64,000 nt of DNA from Anaerolineales bacterium UBA3499 (GTDB lineage Bacteria; Chloroflexota; Anaerolineae; Anaerolineales; UBA11657): positions 7,211 to 71,210 of the forward strand of contig DFQC01000051.1 in NCBI GenBank assembly GCA_002377585.1, written 5' to 3'. Positions 1-8,842 of the stretch are shown piece after piece. Each line of letters opens with the position of its first letter. Position 1 is the stretch's first letter. Below the pieces are notes generated by a model. That model was not told the origin of the DNA. It worked only from the letters and a program-made list of their open reading frames with translations, and did not search any database. Both the position numbers and the translations under genes were made by a program.

Positions 1-2
1 TC

Positions 3-662
3 TGCCTTAACCATTTCTGGTCGCCCAACAGCAGCAATCAGAATGTCAGCCTGTCTACAAACTTCAGCCACATTCCTAGTACGAGAGTGACACACTGTGA
101 GAGTAGCATTACGTTTCAATAACAACATGGCAGCAGGAAGTCCTACTATATTCGAACGACCTAAAACTACAGCATTAGCACCGGAAAATTCTGCTCCGGA
201 TTCTTGGAGCAGACGCATGCATCCATCTGGAGTACAAGGAACAAATAATGGGTCACGCCCTTTCATACCCAATTTCCCGATATTGATAGGATGAAACCCA
301 TCTACATCCTTTTCAATACTAATTGATGAAAGCACTTCTTCTTCGTTAATACCATCAGGCAATGGCAACTGTACCAATATGCCATGAACACTATGATCTG
401 CATTCAAGTCGCGAACAAGACTAACAATTTCATTTTGTGTAGAATCAGATGATAATACATGTCCATATGACTCAATACCCACTTCTGCACAAGCCTTTTG
501 TTTAGCACGCACATATGTTTGAGACGCTACGTTGTCACCCACTAGTACAGTAGCTAAACCCGGTGTTATTCCTGAATCTTTCAATAGTTTGCCTACACCA
601 ACAGCCACTTCAGAACGCACCTTTGCTGCAATGGCAATCCCATCAATCAAACTAGCTGTCAT
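3..662 (-). CDS. folD: Bifunctional methylene-THF dehydrogenase/cyclohydrolase, 3' part runs off the window edge
   Basis: Not in the ORF track; translated by hand from ATG at 662: MTASLIDGIAIAAKVR...PGLATVLVGD...DVDGFHP...PCTPDG...VVLGRSNIVGLP...TVCHSRT...ADILIAAVGRP, all FolD hallmark motifs. Confidence 0.95.
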   Translation of the reverse strand, partial: MTASLIDGIAIAAKVRSEVAVGVGKLLKDSGITPGLATVLVGDNVASQTYVRAKQKACAEVGIESYGHVLSSDSTQNEIVSLVRDLNADHSVHGILVQLPLPDGINEEEVLSSISIEKDVDGFHPINIGKLGMKGRDPLFVPCTPDGCMRLLQESGAEFSGANAVVLGRSNIVGLPAAMLLLKRNATLTVCHSRTRNVAEVCRQADILIAAVGRPEMVKA

Positions 663-739
663 TTCAGTAATCCTTACTCGTACGTGTTCAGAACAAGGTA
701 AATGTTCGGCATTGTTAACGAAACAGCTACACTACTTAA

Positions 740-1963
740 CTACTCGTACCGTAATGCTTCTATAGGACTGAGTCTAGCAGCACGACTCGCAGGGTATATG
801 CCAAAAAATATACCCACAAATGCCGCGAAACAGAAGGCCATCACAATTGTATTTGTTTCTATACTGGCCTGGACCAGATCTGCTGCACTTACCCCATAAG
901 CTATTCCCCAACCTACACCTATCCCTGTTATTCCGCCTATCAAACTGAGTACTATAGTTTCAATCAAGAATTGCAACATTATTGTACTGCGTCTTGCTCC
1001 TACTGCTTTTCGCAAACCTATCTCACGTGTACGTTCCGTTACAGAAACTAACATAATATTCATAATGCCAATTCCACCAACCAATAACGAAATCCCAGCA
1101 ATTGCTCCAAGAAACATAGTAAGAGTAGCAGTGATCTGATCAAATGCTTCTAAGAAAGCATTCTGACTAAATACCGAAAAATCTAAATCATCTTGCAATT
1201 TCAAACCATGTTGCTGTCGCATAATACGTTCAATTTGCACCATGACCCATTCGACGTCCTCTGCTGTAGATGCTGACATGGAAACAGAACTAACTGTTCG
1301 TACGCCATTACTAATGGCACGGTTGCCAAATAAACGAGTGTATCCAGTTTCCATAGGAATCAATGCAACATCATCTTCACTACCAAATCCGCCACCCCCC
1401 TTACTTTCAAGCACACCAATCACTTCAAAGAATATACTGTCAATTCGAATTGTCCTGCCCATTGGATTTAATCCAGCAAACAGTTCTGTAGCGGTCTCTG
1501 ATCCTAAGACAACTACTCTGGCCCGACCTGCATTGTCAGGATATGACAAAAAGCGTCCCTGAGACAATTCCATAGAACGCACTTGCTGATATTCTGGCAA
1601 AGTACCCTTAACTTCTACATCAACAGTGTTTCCACCATAAGTAATCTGTAACATCCTACTTACCGTAGGCGCCATTACTCTCACCTTCTCCAGATTATCA
1701 GACAATTTATTGTAATCATCATAAGTCAACTTTGCCTGAATACGTTGTCCACCCCGTTCCCATGTTCCAGGAAATACTTGAATGTTATTAGATCCAATAC
1801 CTTCAATTTGATCCGTAATAGATGCAGTAGCTCCATTACCAATTGCCATTAGAGCAACTACAGCAGCAACACCAATTATTATCCCTAGCATAGTAAGCAC
1901 AGAACGAAGCTTGTTAACTGCAAGTGCACGCAACGCTACGCGAATATTTGCTAACAAATTCAT
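740..1963 (-). CDS. MacB/FtsX-family ABC transporter permease
   Basis: NKLRSVLTMLGIIIGVAAVV N-terminus, large extracytoplasmic domain, GGIGIMNIMLVSVTERTREIGLRKAVGA motif, PIEALRYE C-terminus. Confidence 0.95.
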   Translation of the reverse strand: MNLLANIRVALRALAVNKLRSVLTMLGIIIGVAAVVALMAIGNGATASITDQIEGIGSNNIQVFPGTWERGGQRIQAKLTYDDYNKLSDNLEKVRVMAPTVSRMLQITYGGNTVDVEVKGTLPEYQQVRSMELSQGRFLSYPDNAGRARVVVLGSETATELFAGLNPMGRTIRIDSIFFEVIGVLESKGGGGFGSEDDVALIPMETGYTRLFGNRAISNGVRTVSSVSMSASTAEDVEWVMVQIERIMRQQHGLKLQDDLDFSVFSQNAFLEAFDQITATLTMFLGAIAGISLLVGGIGIMNIMLVSVTERTREIGLRKAVGARRSTIMLQFLIETIVLSLIGGITGIGVGWGIAYGVSAADLVQASIETNTIVMAFCFAAFVGIFFGIYPASRAARLSPIEALRYE

Positions 1964-2658
1964 TTCCTTTCGTCTCCTGATATACGCCCATCATGAAGTA
2001 TTACACTTCTAGGCATAAGAGCTGCCACTTTAGAATCGTGAGTTACTATACACAGAGTAATACCTTGTTCATTATGCAATTTCTGAAATAGATCCATAAG
2101 TTCAGCACCTGTTTTAGAATCAAGTGCACCAGTTGGTTCATCGGCCAGGAGAATCGCAGGTCGATTTACCAAAGCACGGGCAATAGCAACACGTTGCTGC
2201 TGCCCACCTGATAACTCGCTTGGACTATGATGTACTCTGTCGCTCAATCCAACAAGGTCAAGCGCTGCTTTAGCCTGATCCTTTTTATCACGGCCACCAA
2301 CTCCAGCATAGGTTAAGGGAAGCATGACGTTCTCAAGCGCACTAGTTCTAGCTAACAAATTAAACTGTTGAAAAACAAACCCTATCTTATTTCCACGTAT
2401 TGCTGCCAATTCAGCATCACTCATAGATTCCACGTACAACCCATCTAGCCAATAACGTCCTTTGGTTGGTTTATCTAAGCAGCCAAGTATAGCCATTAAT
2501 GTACTCTTTCCTGATCCAGACGCACCCATTATAGAAAGCATCTCGCCTGTTTTTACAGAGAGATCAACACCATCCAAAGCACGCACAATGGTTTCTCCCA
2601 TTTGATAATGCTTTCTAATACCCTCTATACGAATTACTACGCCATCATTGGCTTGCAT
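1960..2658 (-). CDS. MacB/LolD-type ABC ATP-binding subunit (ORF track extends to 2709; start at 2658 more likely)
   Basis: Walker A GASGSGKST, GFVFQQFNLL, LSGGQQQRVAIARAL signature, LLADEPTGALD, VTHD. Confidence 0.93.
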   Translation of the reverse strand: MQANDGVVIRIEGIRKHYQMGETIVRALDGVDLSVKTGEMLSIMGASGSGKSTLMAILGCLDKPTKGRYWLDGLYVESMSDAELAAIRGNKIGFVFQQFNLLARTSALENVMLPLTYAGVGGRDKKDQAKAALDLVGLSDRVHHSPSELSGGQQQRVAIARALVNRPAILLADEPTGALDSKTGAELMDLFQKLHNEQGITLCIVTHDSKVAALMPRSVILHDGRISGDERK

Positions 2659-2680
2659 ATCTTTATCAATGTCCAAAATT

Positions 2681-4903
2681 CTAATCCCGACCCCCAAATG
2701 GGCTACCACTATCAGTCGGCTTTGGAGTGAAAATCACTACTTGCTGACCAGGCTGCAAATCACCCCTTACAATCACTTGATCGCCTTGAATCATTCCACT
2801 TTCTATAGTTACGCGATTCTGCTCATTAGAAGTAGTATCAAACAGCATCACATATTCACCTTCATCATCATATTGAACGGAATCAATGGGTACAGCCAAT
2901 TCCTCCTCTAAAACCTCTGTTACAATTTTCACGTATGAGGTCATACCCAACATAACACCTTCCGACTGATTCCTAAGTGTGACAGTAACAGGGTAGCGTA
3001 CCAATCCCTGAACAGTTTCGCCAAATGGTGCAATATTAGTCACTAGCGCACGAACTTCCGTATATGACATAGCATCAAATGTAACAATCGCTGGTTGGCC
3101 TATTTCAATGCCGTTAACCTCAGTCTCATCAACTGATACTTCGACTAACAACTTGTCGGTATTTGCCAACCTTACAGCAGGAGTGGATTGATCTGTTGAA
3201 TCTCCAGTAAGATAGTTGAGTTCGACAACTTTGCCACTAAAAGGCGCTTCCAACCACAGAGAACTCAAGGTAGCTTGAGCAGCTGTGACCTTAGCCTCAG
3301 CTACTGCAATATCATCTTCGTCTGGACCTGCCACCAACTCCTGTAGCTTCTCTTCTGCATCAGTAAGTTTAGATCTTGCTAAGTCAATGTCAGTAGACCG
3401 AGGATTAAGCAATATTTCCAAATCATCTTCAGCATCTAATAGATTACCCTTTGCAACAGCCAAATCTTCGGGCTGTGGGTCAAGTAAATTGGATAAATCC
3501 TCTTCCGATTCGGACAATTCACCAGCAGCATCTTGCACATCTGCCTCCATTAGAGCTTGATCAATTAGATCCACTCCAGCCAATGCATCATCCAAATCTT
3601 CTTGTGCATCGCGCACTTTCTTAGTAGCCAGATCCAGAGCAGTCGTATTGCTCATACGAGTTTGCTCCACCTGTAATTCTGCTTCTCTTACTCTTTCTTT
3701 AGCAGCAGATACGTCCTCTTTAGCTTCTAACAATGTCCGTGTTACCCCATCAACCGAAACTGCCCGAGTAGTGTCGCAAATTCTAAACGATTGGTACTCA
3801 ACAATGTTCCCATGAATATCCTTAAGTACGTTGCCTGTCTCCTCAAACACCTGGTAAACCGGGCCCACCATATAGGTGTAACCTTTGTATACAAGCTCTT
3901 CAGTCACAGTAAGCTGGATATATTCTTTGTCAGCATCTTCTTCAACCTTGTGCACTACACAACCATCTATTGCTTTTTGGACACTAACCTGTCTTTCTTT
4001 CATATCGTCCAATGTATCAAGAGCATTCTGAAGAGCACTAGTGGCTGTACCAATATCTGCAAGTTCGACATCTTGCTCAGCACGAGCTAAATCAAATTCA
4101 GCATCCCTTAAAGCATCTTTAAGAGCATCAATATCAGGATTTAGCAGATCGTCCAATGCTTCCTGTTGATCTCTAAGTGCATCTTTCCTTGCCGCAACCT
4201 CCTGCTCTGCGGCCGCAATCTGTGCAGTACTAGGATTCTTGAGTTCATTGAAGGCATCTCTGGCATCGACTACTGCTTGCTTGGCTTGTGCCACACTAGA
4301 TGTGGTCGGATTCTGCATATTTTCCAGTTCTTCCCGTGCGTCTGCAACAGATTTTTGTGCGTTACTAATTTGTAAATCAGTTGGATTAAGTAATTCATCT
4401 AAATCTTTGCGTGCTGATATCAAGTCAGCCTGTGCCATAATCACATTTTGTGGGGCACTCAATGGATCAAGTTCCATTAAAACATCACCCTTACTCACAT
4501 CGTCACCCACTTCCACCTTGACTTTGGCAACAATACCACTAGTTTCCCAATATATCTCTCCGGATTGTGAAGCTATAAGTGTGCCTGAAGCATCAATAAT
4601 ACGCTCTGCATCTAACAAAACCACTTCACCGGTTTCTACCAATTCCTCTTCACTTGAACCGCCCCGGAATAAACGCTGTACAAAACCAAATGGGCCTCGT
4701 CCACGCCCTCCTGCACCTCTCCCACCCGAACCTCTATTAAACTCCCTAGAAGATTCAGAGATTTGCTGATTTGATGCCTGCTGCATAGGAAGAACTATAC
4801 GAGCCAAACCATATAGAACAATACCCATAATCACTATTATGCCAAGTACTACTACCCAACGAGGAACTACACGTGTCTTTTGATTATTATTACCCGTATT
4901 CAT
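2681..4903 (-). CDS. HlyD/MacA-family periplasmic adaptor (membrane fusion protein) with very long helical hairpin
   Basis: N-terminal TM helix; lipoyl half-motifs SGIVAKVKVEVGDDVSKGDVL and LEAPFSGKV; beta-barrel VDETEVNGIEIGQPA; about 400 aa helical region between them; GGTGG SD-like motif upstream. Confidence 0.9.
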   Translation of the reverse strand: MNTGNNNQKTRVVPRWVVVLGIIVIMGIVLYGLARIVLPMQQASNQQISESSREFNRGSGGRGAGGRGRGPFGFVQRLFRGGSSEEELVETGEVVLLDAERIIDASGTLIASQSGEIYWETSGIVAKVKVEVGDDVSKGDVLMELDPLSAPQNVIMAQADLISARKDLDELLNPTDLQISNAQKSVADAREELENMQNPTTSSVAQAKQAVVDARDAFNELKNPSTAQIAAAEQEVAARKDALRDQQEALDDLLNPDIDALKDALRDAEFDLARAEQDVELADIGTATSALQNALDTLDDMKERQVSVQKAIDGCVVHKVEEDADKEYIQLTVTEELVYKGYTYMVGPVYQVFEETGNVLKDIHGNIVEYQSFRICDTTRAVSVDGVTRTLLEAKEDVSAAKERVREAELQVEQTRMSNTTALDLATKKVRDAQEDLDDALAGVDLIDQALMEADVQDAAGELSESEEDLSNLLDPQPEDLAVAKGNLLDAEDDLEILLNPRSTDIDLARSKLTDAEEKLQELVAGPDEDDIAVAEAKVTAAQATLSSLWLEAPFSGKVVELNYLTGDSTDQSTPAVRLANTDKLLVEVSVDETEVNGIEIGQPAIVTFDAMSYTEVRALVTNIAPFGETVQGLVRYPVTVTLRNQSEGVMLGMTSYVKIVTEVLEEELAVPIDSVQYDDEGEYVMLFDTTSNEQNRVTIESGMIQGDQVIVRGDLQPGQQVVIFTPKPTDSGSPFGGRD

Positions 4904-5095
4904 TTATGCTATTACCACCTTTGGTATGAAATCATTATATCGACAGTATTGCCGCAAATATTGCATTATATTTGTTAGAGTTCATAATTGACTCTTTAGA
5001 TGTTAACACTGCAATATGTTATCGAATTACTATTAGAAATATATATATGTCTCTAAGTTTCTACCCAAATTAGAGGTTTTCCAAGGACATTATCA

Positions 5096-5893
5096 CTATT
5101 CTTGCCTACTAAACAGCCATACTGCTGGCACCAAAAATAGCACAGAAAAAGAGGCCATCATCATCACATTATAAGTCAATGGATTTAAAGATATTGTGTG
5201 CATTAAATCTGGAGGCACTAGTGCTTGTAACGATACCTGTCTTAATGGGTCTACTCCATACGTAACAGGATCTAATTTTGACAGTAAGTACATCCAAATC
5301 GGTACACCACGAAGTGGAAAGAATGCACCTGAAAGAAAAAACATGGGTAGTAGCACGAAATTCATCATCATATGGAAGCCTTCCATTGATTTTTGCCTTG
5401 CTGCTATAAGAATACCTAAGGCAGTCATCATCACAGCAAGCATTACCATAAGGCCAATAAGACTCACTATTTGGGAGATTGATAACGTAACCCCCAAAAC
5501 TGGGGCCAATAACAAAACAATCAATCCTTGAAACAAGGACACAGTACTACCACCGGCTACCTTTCCAAGAGCGATAGCTACCCTAGAAACAGGAGCCACC
5601 ATAACCTCTTTAAGAAATCCAAATTCACGATCCCATACAATTGACACTGCTGAAAACACTGAAGTAAACAATACTGTCATTGTCAATACTCCAGGAAACA
5701 TGAATTGCTTGAAATCGATATTGCCGCCTCCCATCTCGGCCATAGCAGGTGACAAACCGCTACCAAACACAAAAAGATAGACTATTGGCATTCCAAGAGA
5801 CGAAAACATACGAACACGATCACGTTTGAAACGTACAATATCACGGTACCAGATAGTATAAGCACCTCTGACATTTCGTTTTAGAATTTCCAT
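5096..5893 (-). CDS. ABC-2 type permease, DrrB-like (ORF track start 5929; Met at 5893 more likely)
   Basis: SIVWDREFGFLKEVMVAPVSR and FFLSGAFFP motifs; about six hydrophobic segments. Confidence 0.92.
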   Translation of the reverse strand: MEILKRNVRGAYTIWYRDIVRFKRDRVRMFSSLGMPIVYLFVFGSGLSPAMAEMGGGNIDFKQFMFPGVLTMTVLFTSVFSAVSIVWDREFGFLKEVMVAPVSRVAIALGKVAGGSTVSLFQGLIVLLLAPVLGVTLSISQIVSLIGLMVMLAVMMTALGILIAARQKSMEGFHMMMNFVLLPMFFLSGAFFPLRGVPIWMYLLSKLDPVTYGVDPLRQVSLQALVPPDLMHTISLNPLTYNVMMMASFSVLFLVPAVWLFSRQE

Positions 5894-5913
5894 AATATTA
5901 TTTCTTGTTTTAT

Positions 5914-6909
5914 CTAACGCCCTCGCCACCTTCTCATACCACTGCGAACTTTATCCTTATCCACAGCATTTTGGTCGCGCATGGCATGACCAGTAAGTTT
6001 GACAAAGACGTCTTCGAGAGTAGGACGCCGCAAGTATACACTTTTTACAGATATATTTTCTTGTGTCATGTCAGTTAATACAGACATCATTTCGGGGATA
6101 AATTGATCCCCTCGCTCTGTTTCTATTATAAGTTGATTGTCAGGTCCTATTCTAGTAGCAACACCATGTGAATTTTGCAATCTGAGAGACGCTTGCTCAT
6201 TATCATCGGTAACTGCCATAATAATATCACCACCAACCATAGCCTTTAGTGCTTCCGGAGTATCAAGACCAACAATTTTGCCATCATCTATAATGGCTAT
6301 ACGATCACAATGTTCCGCTTCTTCCATGTAGTGAGTTGTCATGAACATAGTTACACCCTGGCGCTCACGCAACGTTACCAGATAGTCCCAAATGTGTCGG
6401 CGTGTCTGTGGATCAAGACCCAATGTAGGTTCATCCAAGAACAATATTTTTGGGTTATGTAACAAGCCACGAGCTATTTCTAGACGACGCTTCATACCAC
6501 CAGAATAATTCAAGACTACTTCCTCAGCGCGACCAGTTAATTCAACCATTTCCAGTAACTTAGCAGCTTTGTCTGAGAAATCATCTTTGGACAAACCGTA
6601 CAACATTCCATGAAACAAAAGATTCTCGCGTCCGGTTAGTTTGTCATCCAAGCTTGCATCCTGAAAAATCATCCCTATTGACTGTCGTACCAGTGCTTGC
6701 TGCTTACTAACATCATATCCATTCACTAACGCACTACCAGATGTTGGGTGCAGAAGAGTAGTTAACATATTTATTGTAGTAGTTTTACCAGCACCGTTAG
6801 GTCCTAGAAAACCAAATATTTCCCCTGATTCTACTTTAAAGCTAACATCATCTACAGCAACATTTTTGCCAAAGTGACGTACAAGTTGTTCTACTTTTAT
6901 AGAATACAT
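5914..6909 (-). CDS. ABC ATP-binding protein, DrrA-like
   Basis: GPNGAGKTT, YSGGMKRRLEIARGL, LFLDEPTLGLDPQTR, TTHYMEEAE, C-terminal PTLEDVF. Confidence 0.93.
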   Translation of the reverse strand: MYSIKVEQLVRHFGKNVAVDDVSFKVESGEIFGFLGPNGAGKTTTINMLTTLLHPTSGSALVNGYDVSKQQALVRQSIGMIFQDASLDDKLTGRENLLFHGMLYGLSKDDFSDKAAKLLEMVELTGRAEEVVLNYSGGMKRRLEIARGLLHNPKILFLDEPTLGLDPQTRRHIWDYLVTLRERQGVTMFMTTHYMEEAEHCDRIAIIDDGKIVGLDTPEALKAMVGGDIIMAVTDDNEQASLRLQNSHGVATRIGPDNQLIIETERGDQFIPEMMSVLTDMTQENISVKSVYLRRPTLEDVFVKLTGHAMRDQNAVDKDKVRSGMRRWRGR

Positions 6910-6920
6910 TTAATATGGTC

Positions 6921-7349
6921 CTAGGTGACAGATTTGAGTAGTATTACTGGAATTTGTCGCTCTGTCCGTTCTTTGTATCGCTTCAACCAAGGAAATTGTA
7001 ACCCAAGTCGATTGCTCTCACTTCCTTGTGTGAGAATAGCTGACACATCAATAGTCCTGTCGCCGACTTCAATTCTGGCTCCCGGATCGCTTACAATATT
7101 CAAAAACCATGCAGGATGTCTGTCTCTACCACCATTTGAGGCGACTACAGCATAATTGTCTCCATCTTCTACCGCCCCTAAAGGTACAGTATGCAGTCGA
7201 CCCGTTTTTCTGCCAGTAGTAGTTAGTAGAACAACAGGTCTTCCCTGCACTGAACCCAGAAGACGTCCTTTAGAGTAACGATACACAAATATGTGAATCC
7301 TCATCAGTATTCGAATAATTGGCCTACTCAACAGTATTCTAGTCAACAT
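6921..7349 (-). CDS. Deazaflavin (F420H2)-dependent nitroreductase family protein (Ddn-like)
   Basis: LLTTTGRKTG, VVASNGG, HPAWFLNI, RQIPVILL motifs. Confidence 0.88.
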   Translation of the reverse strand: MLTRILLSRPIIRILMRIHIFVYRYSKGRLLGSVQGRPVVLLTTTGRKTGRLHTVPLGAVEDGDNYAVVASNGGRDRHPAWFLNIVSDPGARIEVGDRTIDVSAILTQGSESNRLGLQFPWLKRYKERTERQIPVILLKSVT

Positions 7350-7519
7350 ATAGAAATAACCAAGGGATGATACCTAGCAATGATGAAATTACACTATGTC
7401 TTTGTAGTAACTAGTTGTTCAAGCACCACTTAAAATCCTTTTTCAAAGTTCACCAAGTATACTTCATATTATGATGCTCAATATGGAGCCACACTAGATA
7501 AGTAACAACATAATGATAT

Positions 7520-7548
7520 TTGCACAAATATATATCATATGATAAACT
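7520..7548 (+). promoter_or_regulatory. Sigma70-type promoter of the lys operon leader
   Basis: TTGCAC (7520-7525), 17 bp spacer, TAAACT (7543-7548) preceded by TGa extended -10. Confidence 0.75.
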
Positions 7549-7569
7549 GTTGCCGATCTGAGGATCATT

Positions 7570-7638
7570 ATGAATAATACTGTAACTGTGGTGTACAAGG
7601 CAAAGAAGAGCAAGCCTACCCTAGACGGGGTTGGTTAA
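7570..7638 (+). CDS. Putative Lys-rich leader peptide, 22 aa: MNNTVTVVYKAKKSKPTLDGVG
   Basis: GAGGA SD at 7560-7564, ATG 7570, four Lys codons (all AAG) within six codons, TAA at 7636-7638 overlapping the antiterminator arm. Confidence 0.82.
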   Translation: MNNTVTVVYKAKKSKPTLDGVG

Positions 7639-7700
7639 TTTGCGCTTCGGCACAGAGATGCGGTAATAGCATCCATACACCAGTGTCATTTGCAGATAAC

Positions 7701-7725
7701 AACCCCGTTACTACGGGGTTTTTTT
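7701..7725 (+). terminator. Intrinsic terminator (attenuator 3:4 hairpin) upstream of lysW
   Basis: AACCCCGT-tact-ACGGGGTT 8 bp stem followed by TTTTT. Confidence 0.88.
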
Positions 7726-7778
7726 GATTCTGTTGAATAAGTTTTGTATAAAATATTTTATAAGGAGAGTATTATCTT

Positions 7779-7964
7779 ATGACTGTTGACAATGTAACTG
7801 CAACTAGTGAGTGTCCAGAATGTGCAGGTGAACTCACACTTGACCAAGTTGAACTAGGAGAGATTTTAGTATGTGATGATTGTGGTGCCGAATTAGAAGT
7901 ACTATCACTTGATCCATTATCCATTAGTCTTGCCCCACAAGAAGCAGAAGATTGGGGAGAGTAA
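7779..7964 (+). CDS. lysW: Amino-group carrier protein LysW
   Basis: CPEC...CDDC zinc ribbon, acidic composition, C-terminal EDWGE. Confidence 0.97.
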   Translation: MTVDNVTATSECPECAGELTLDQVELGEILVCDDCGAELEVLSLDPLSISLAPQEAEDWGE

Positions 7965-7993
7965 TGTCTTTTTTGCCGTTTTGAGAGGATATC

Positions 7994-8842
7994 ATGCATA
8001 TTGGAGTAGTATATTCTAGGTTACGTGTAGAAGAAAAGTGGCTATTTAAAGCTCTAGAAAGTCGCGAAGTGTCCTATGAACGACTGTTGGATAGCCAAGC
8101 AATTTTACACCTTGACAATGATAATAATGAATGGTCGCGATTTGATGCAATAATTATAAGAAGCCTGAGTACTAGTCGCGGATTGTCAATTGCACGAGTA
8201 CTAAATTCTTTTGGAATACCCACAATAAACCCGTATTCAGTTTCAGAAATATGTAGTGACAAAGTGGCTACTTCAATTGCTTTAAAAAATGCTAGTGTTC
8301 CTCAACCGAAATCATTGCTCGCTTTTACAGTCAAAGGTGCTATCGAAGCTGGAGAAAGACTTGGATACCCTTATGTACTTAAACCAGTAGTTGGGTCATG
8401 GGGCCGACTAGTAAGTCGTATCAACGACCGAGATGCAGCTGAAGCAATATTTGAACATCGGGATGTTCTAGGTAATTATCAACATCATATATATTATTTG
8501 CAGCAACTTATCCAAAAACCAGGTCGCGATATCCGAGCTTTCGTCATAGGTAATGAAACACCTGTAGCAATTTACCGCGAATCTGAACATTGGATAACTA
8601 ATACTGCATTAGGTGCTACTGCAACAACATGCGAAGTAACAAAAGAACTGCACGACCTATGCCAGAGAGCAGCGACTGCAGTAGGAGGTGGTGTATTAGC
8701 TGTGGATCTTCTAGAAGATCCAGACCGCGGTCTTTTAATCAACGAAATAAATCACACCATGGAGTTTCACTCCACTGTACCACTTACTGGTGTGGATATT
8801 CCTGGTATGATCATTGAACATGTAAGGCAGGTGTCGAAATGA
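7994..8842 (+). CDS. lysX: Alpha-aminoadipate--LysW ligase (ATP-grasp, RimK family)
   Basis: YSRLRVEEK, KPVVGSWGR, DIRAFVIG, WITNTALG, EINHTMEF; follows lysW. Confidence 0.95.
   Translation: MHIGVVYSRLRVEEKWLFKALESREVSYERLLDSQAILHLDNDNNEWSRFDAIIIRSLSTSRGLSIARVLNSFGIPTINPYSVSEICSDKVATSIALKNASVPQPKSLLAFTVKGAIEAGERLGYPYVLKPVVGSWGRLVSRINDRDAAEAIFEHRDVLGNYQHHIYYLQQLIQKPGRDIRAFVIGNETPVAIYRESEHWITNTALGATATTCEVTKELHDLCQRAATAVGGGVLAVDLLEDPDRGLLINEINHTMEFHSTVPLTGVDIPGMIIEHVRQVSK

Noticed and set aside
5957-5965. Perfect DnaA boxes TTATCCACA (also at 40379-40387) as oriC evidence
   Set aside because: Isolated single copies inside coding regions, with no cluster or DUE; expected by chance in 64 kb
7550-7730. 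T-box or lysine riboswitch upstream of lysW
   Set aside because: No GGTGGNACC T-box motif and no recognisable L-box consensus; the leader is short and is explained by the Lys-rich ORF with alternative helices
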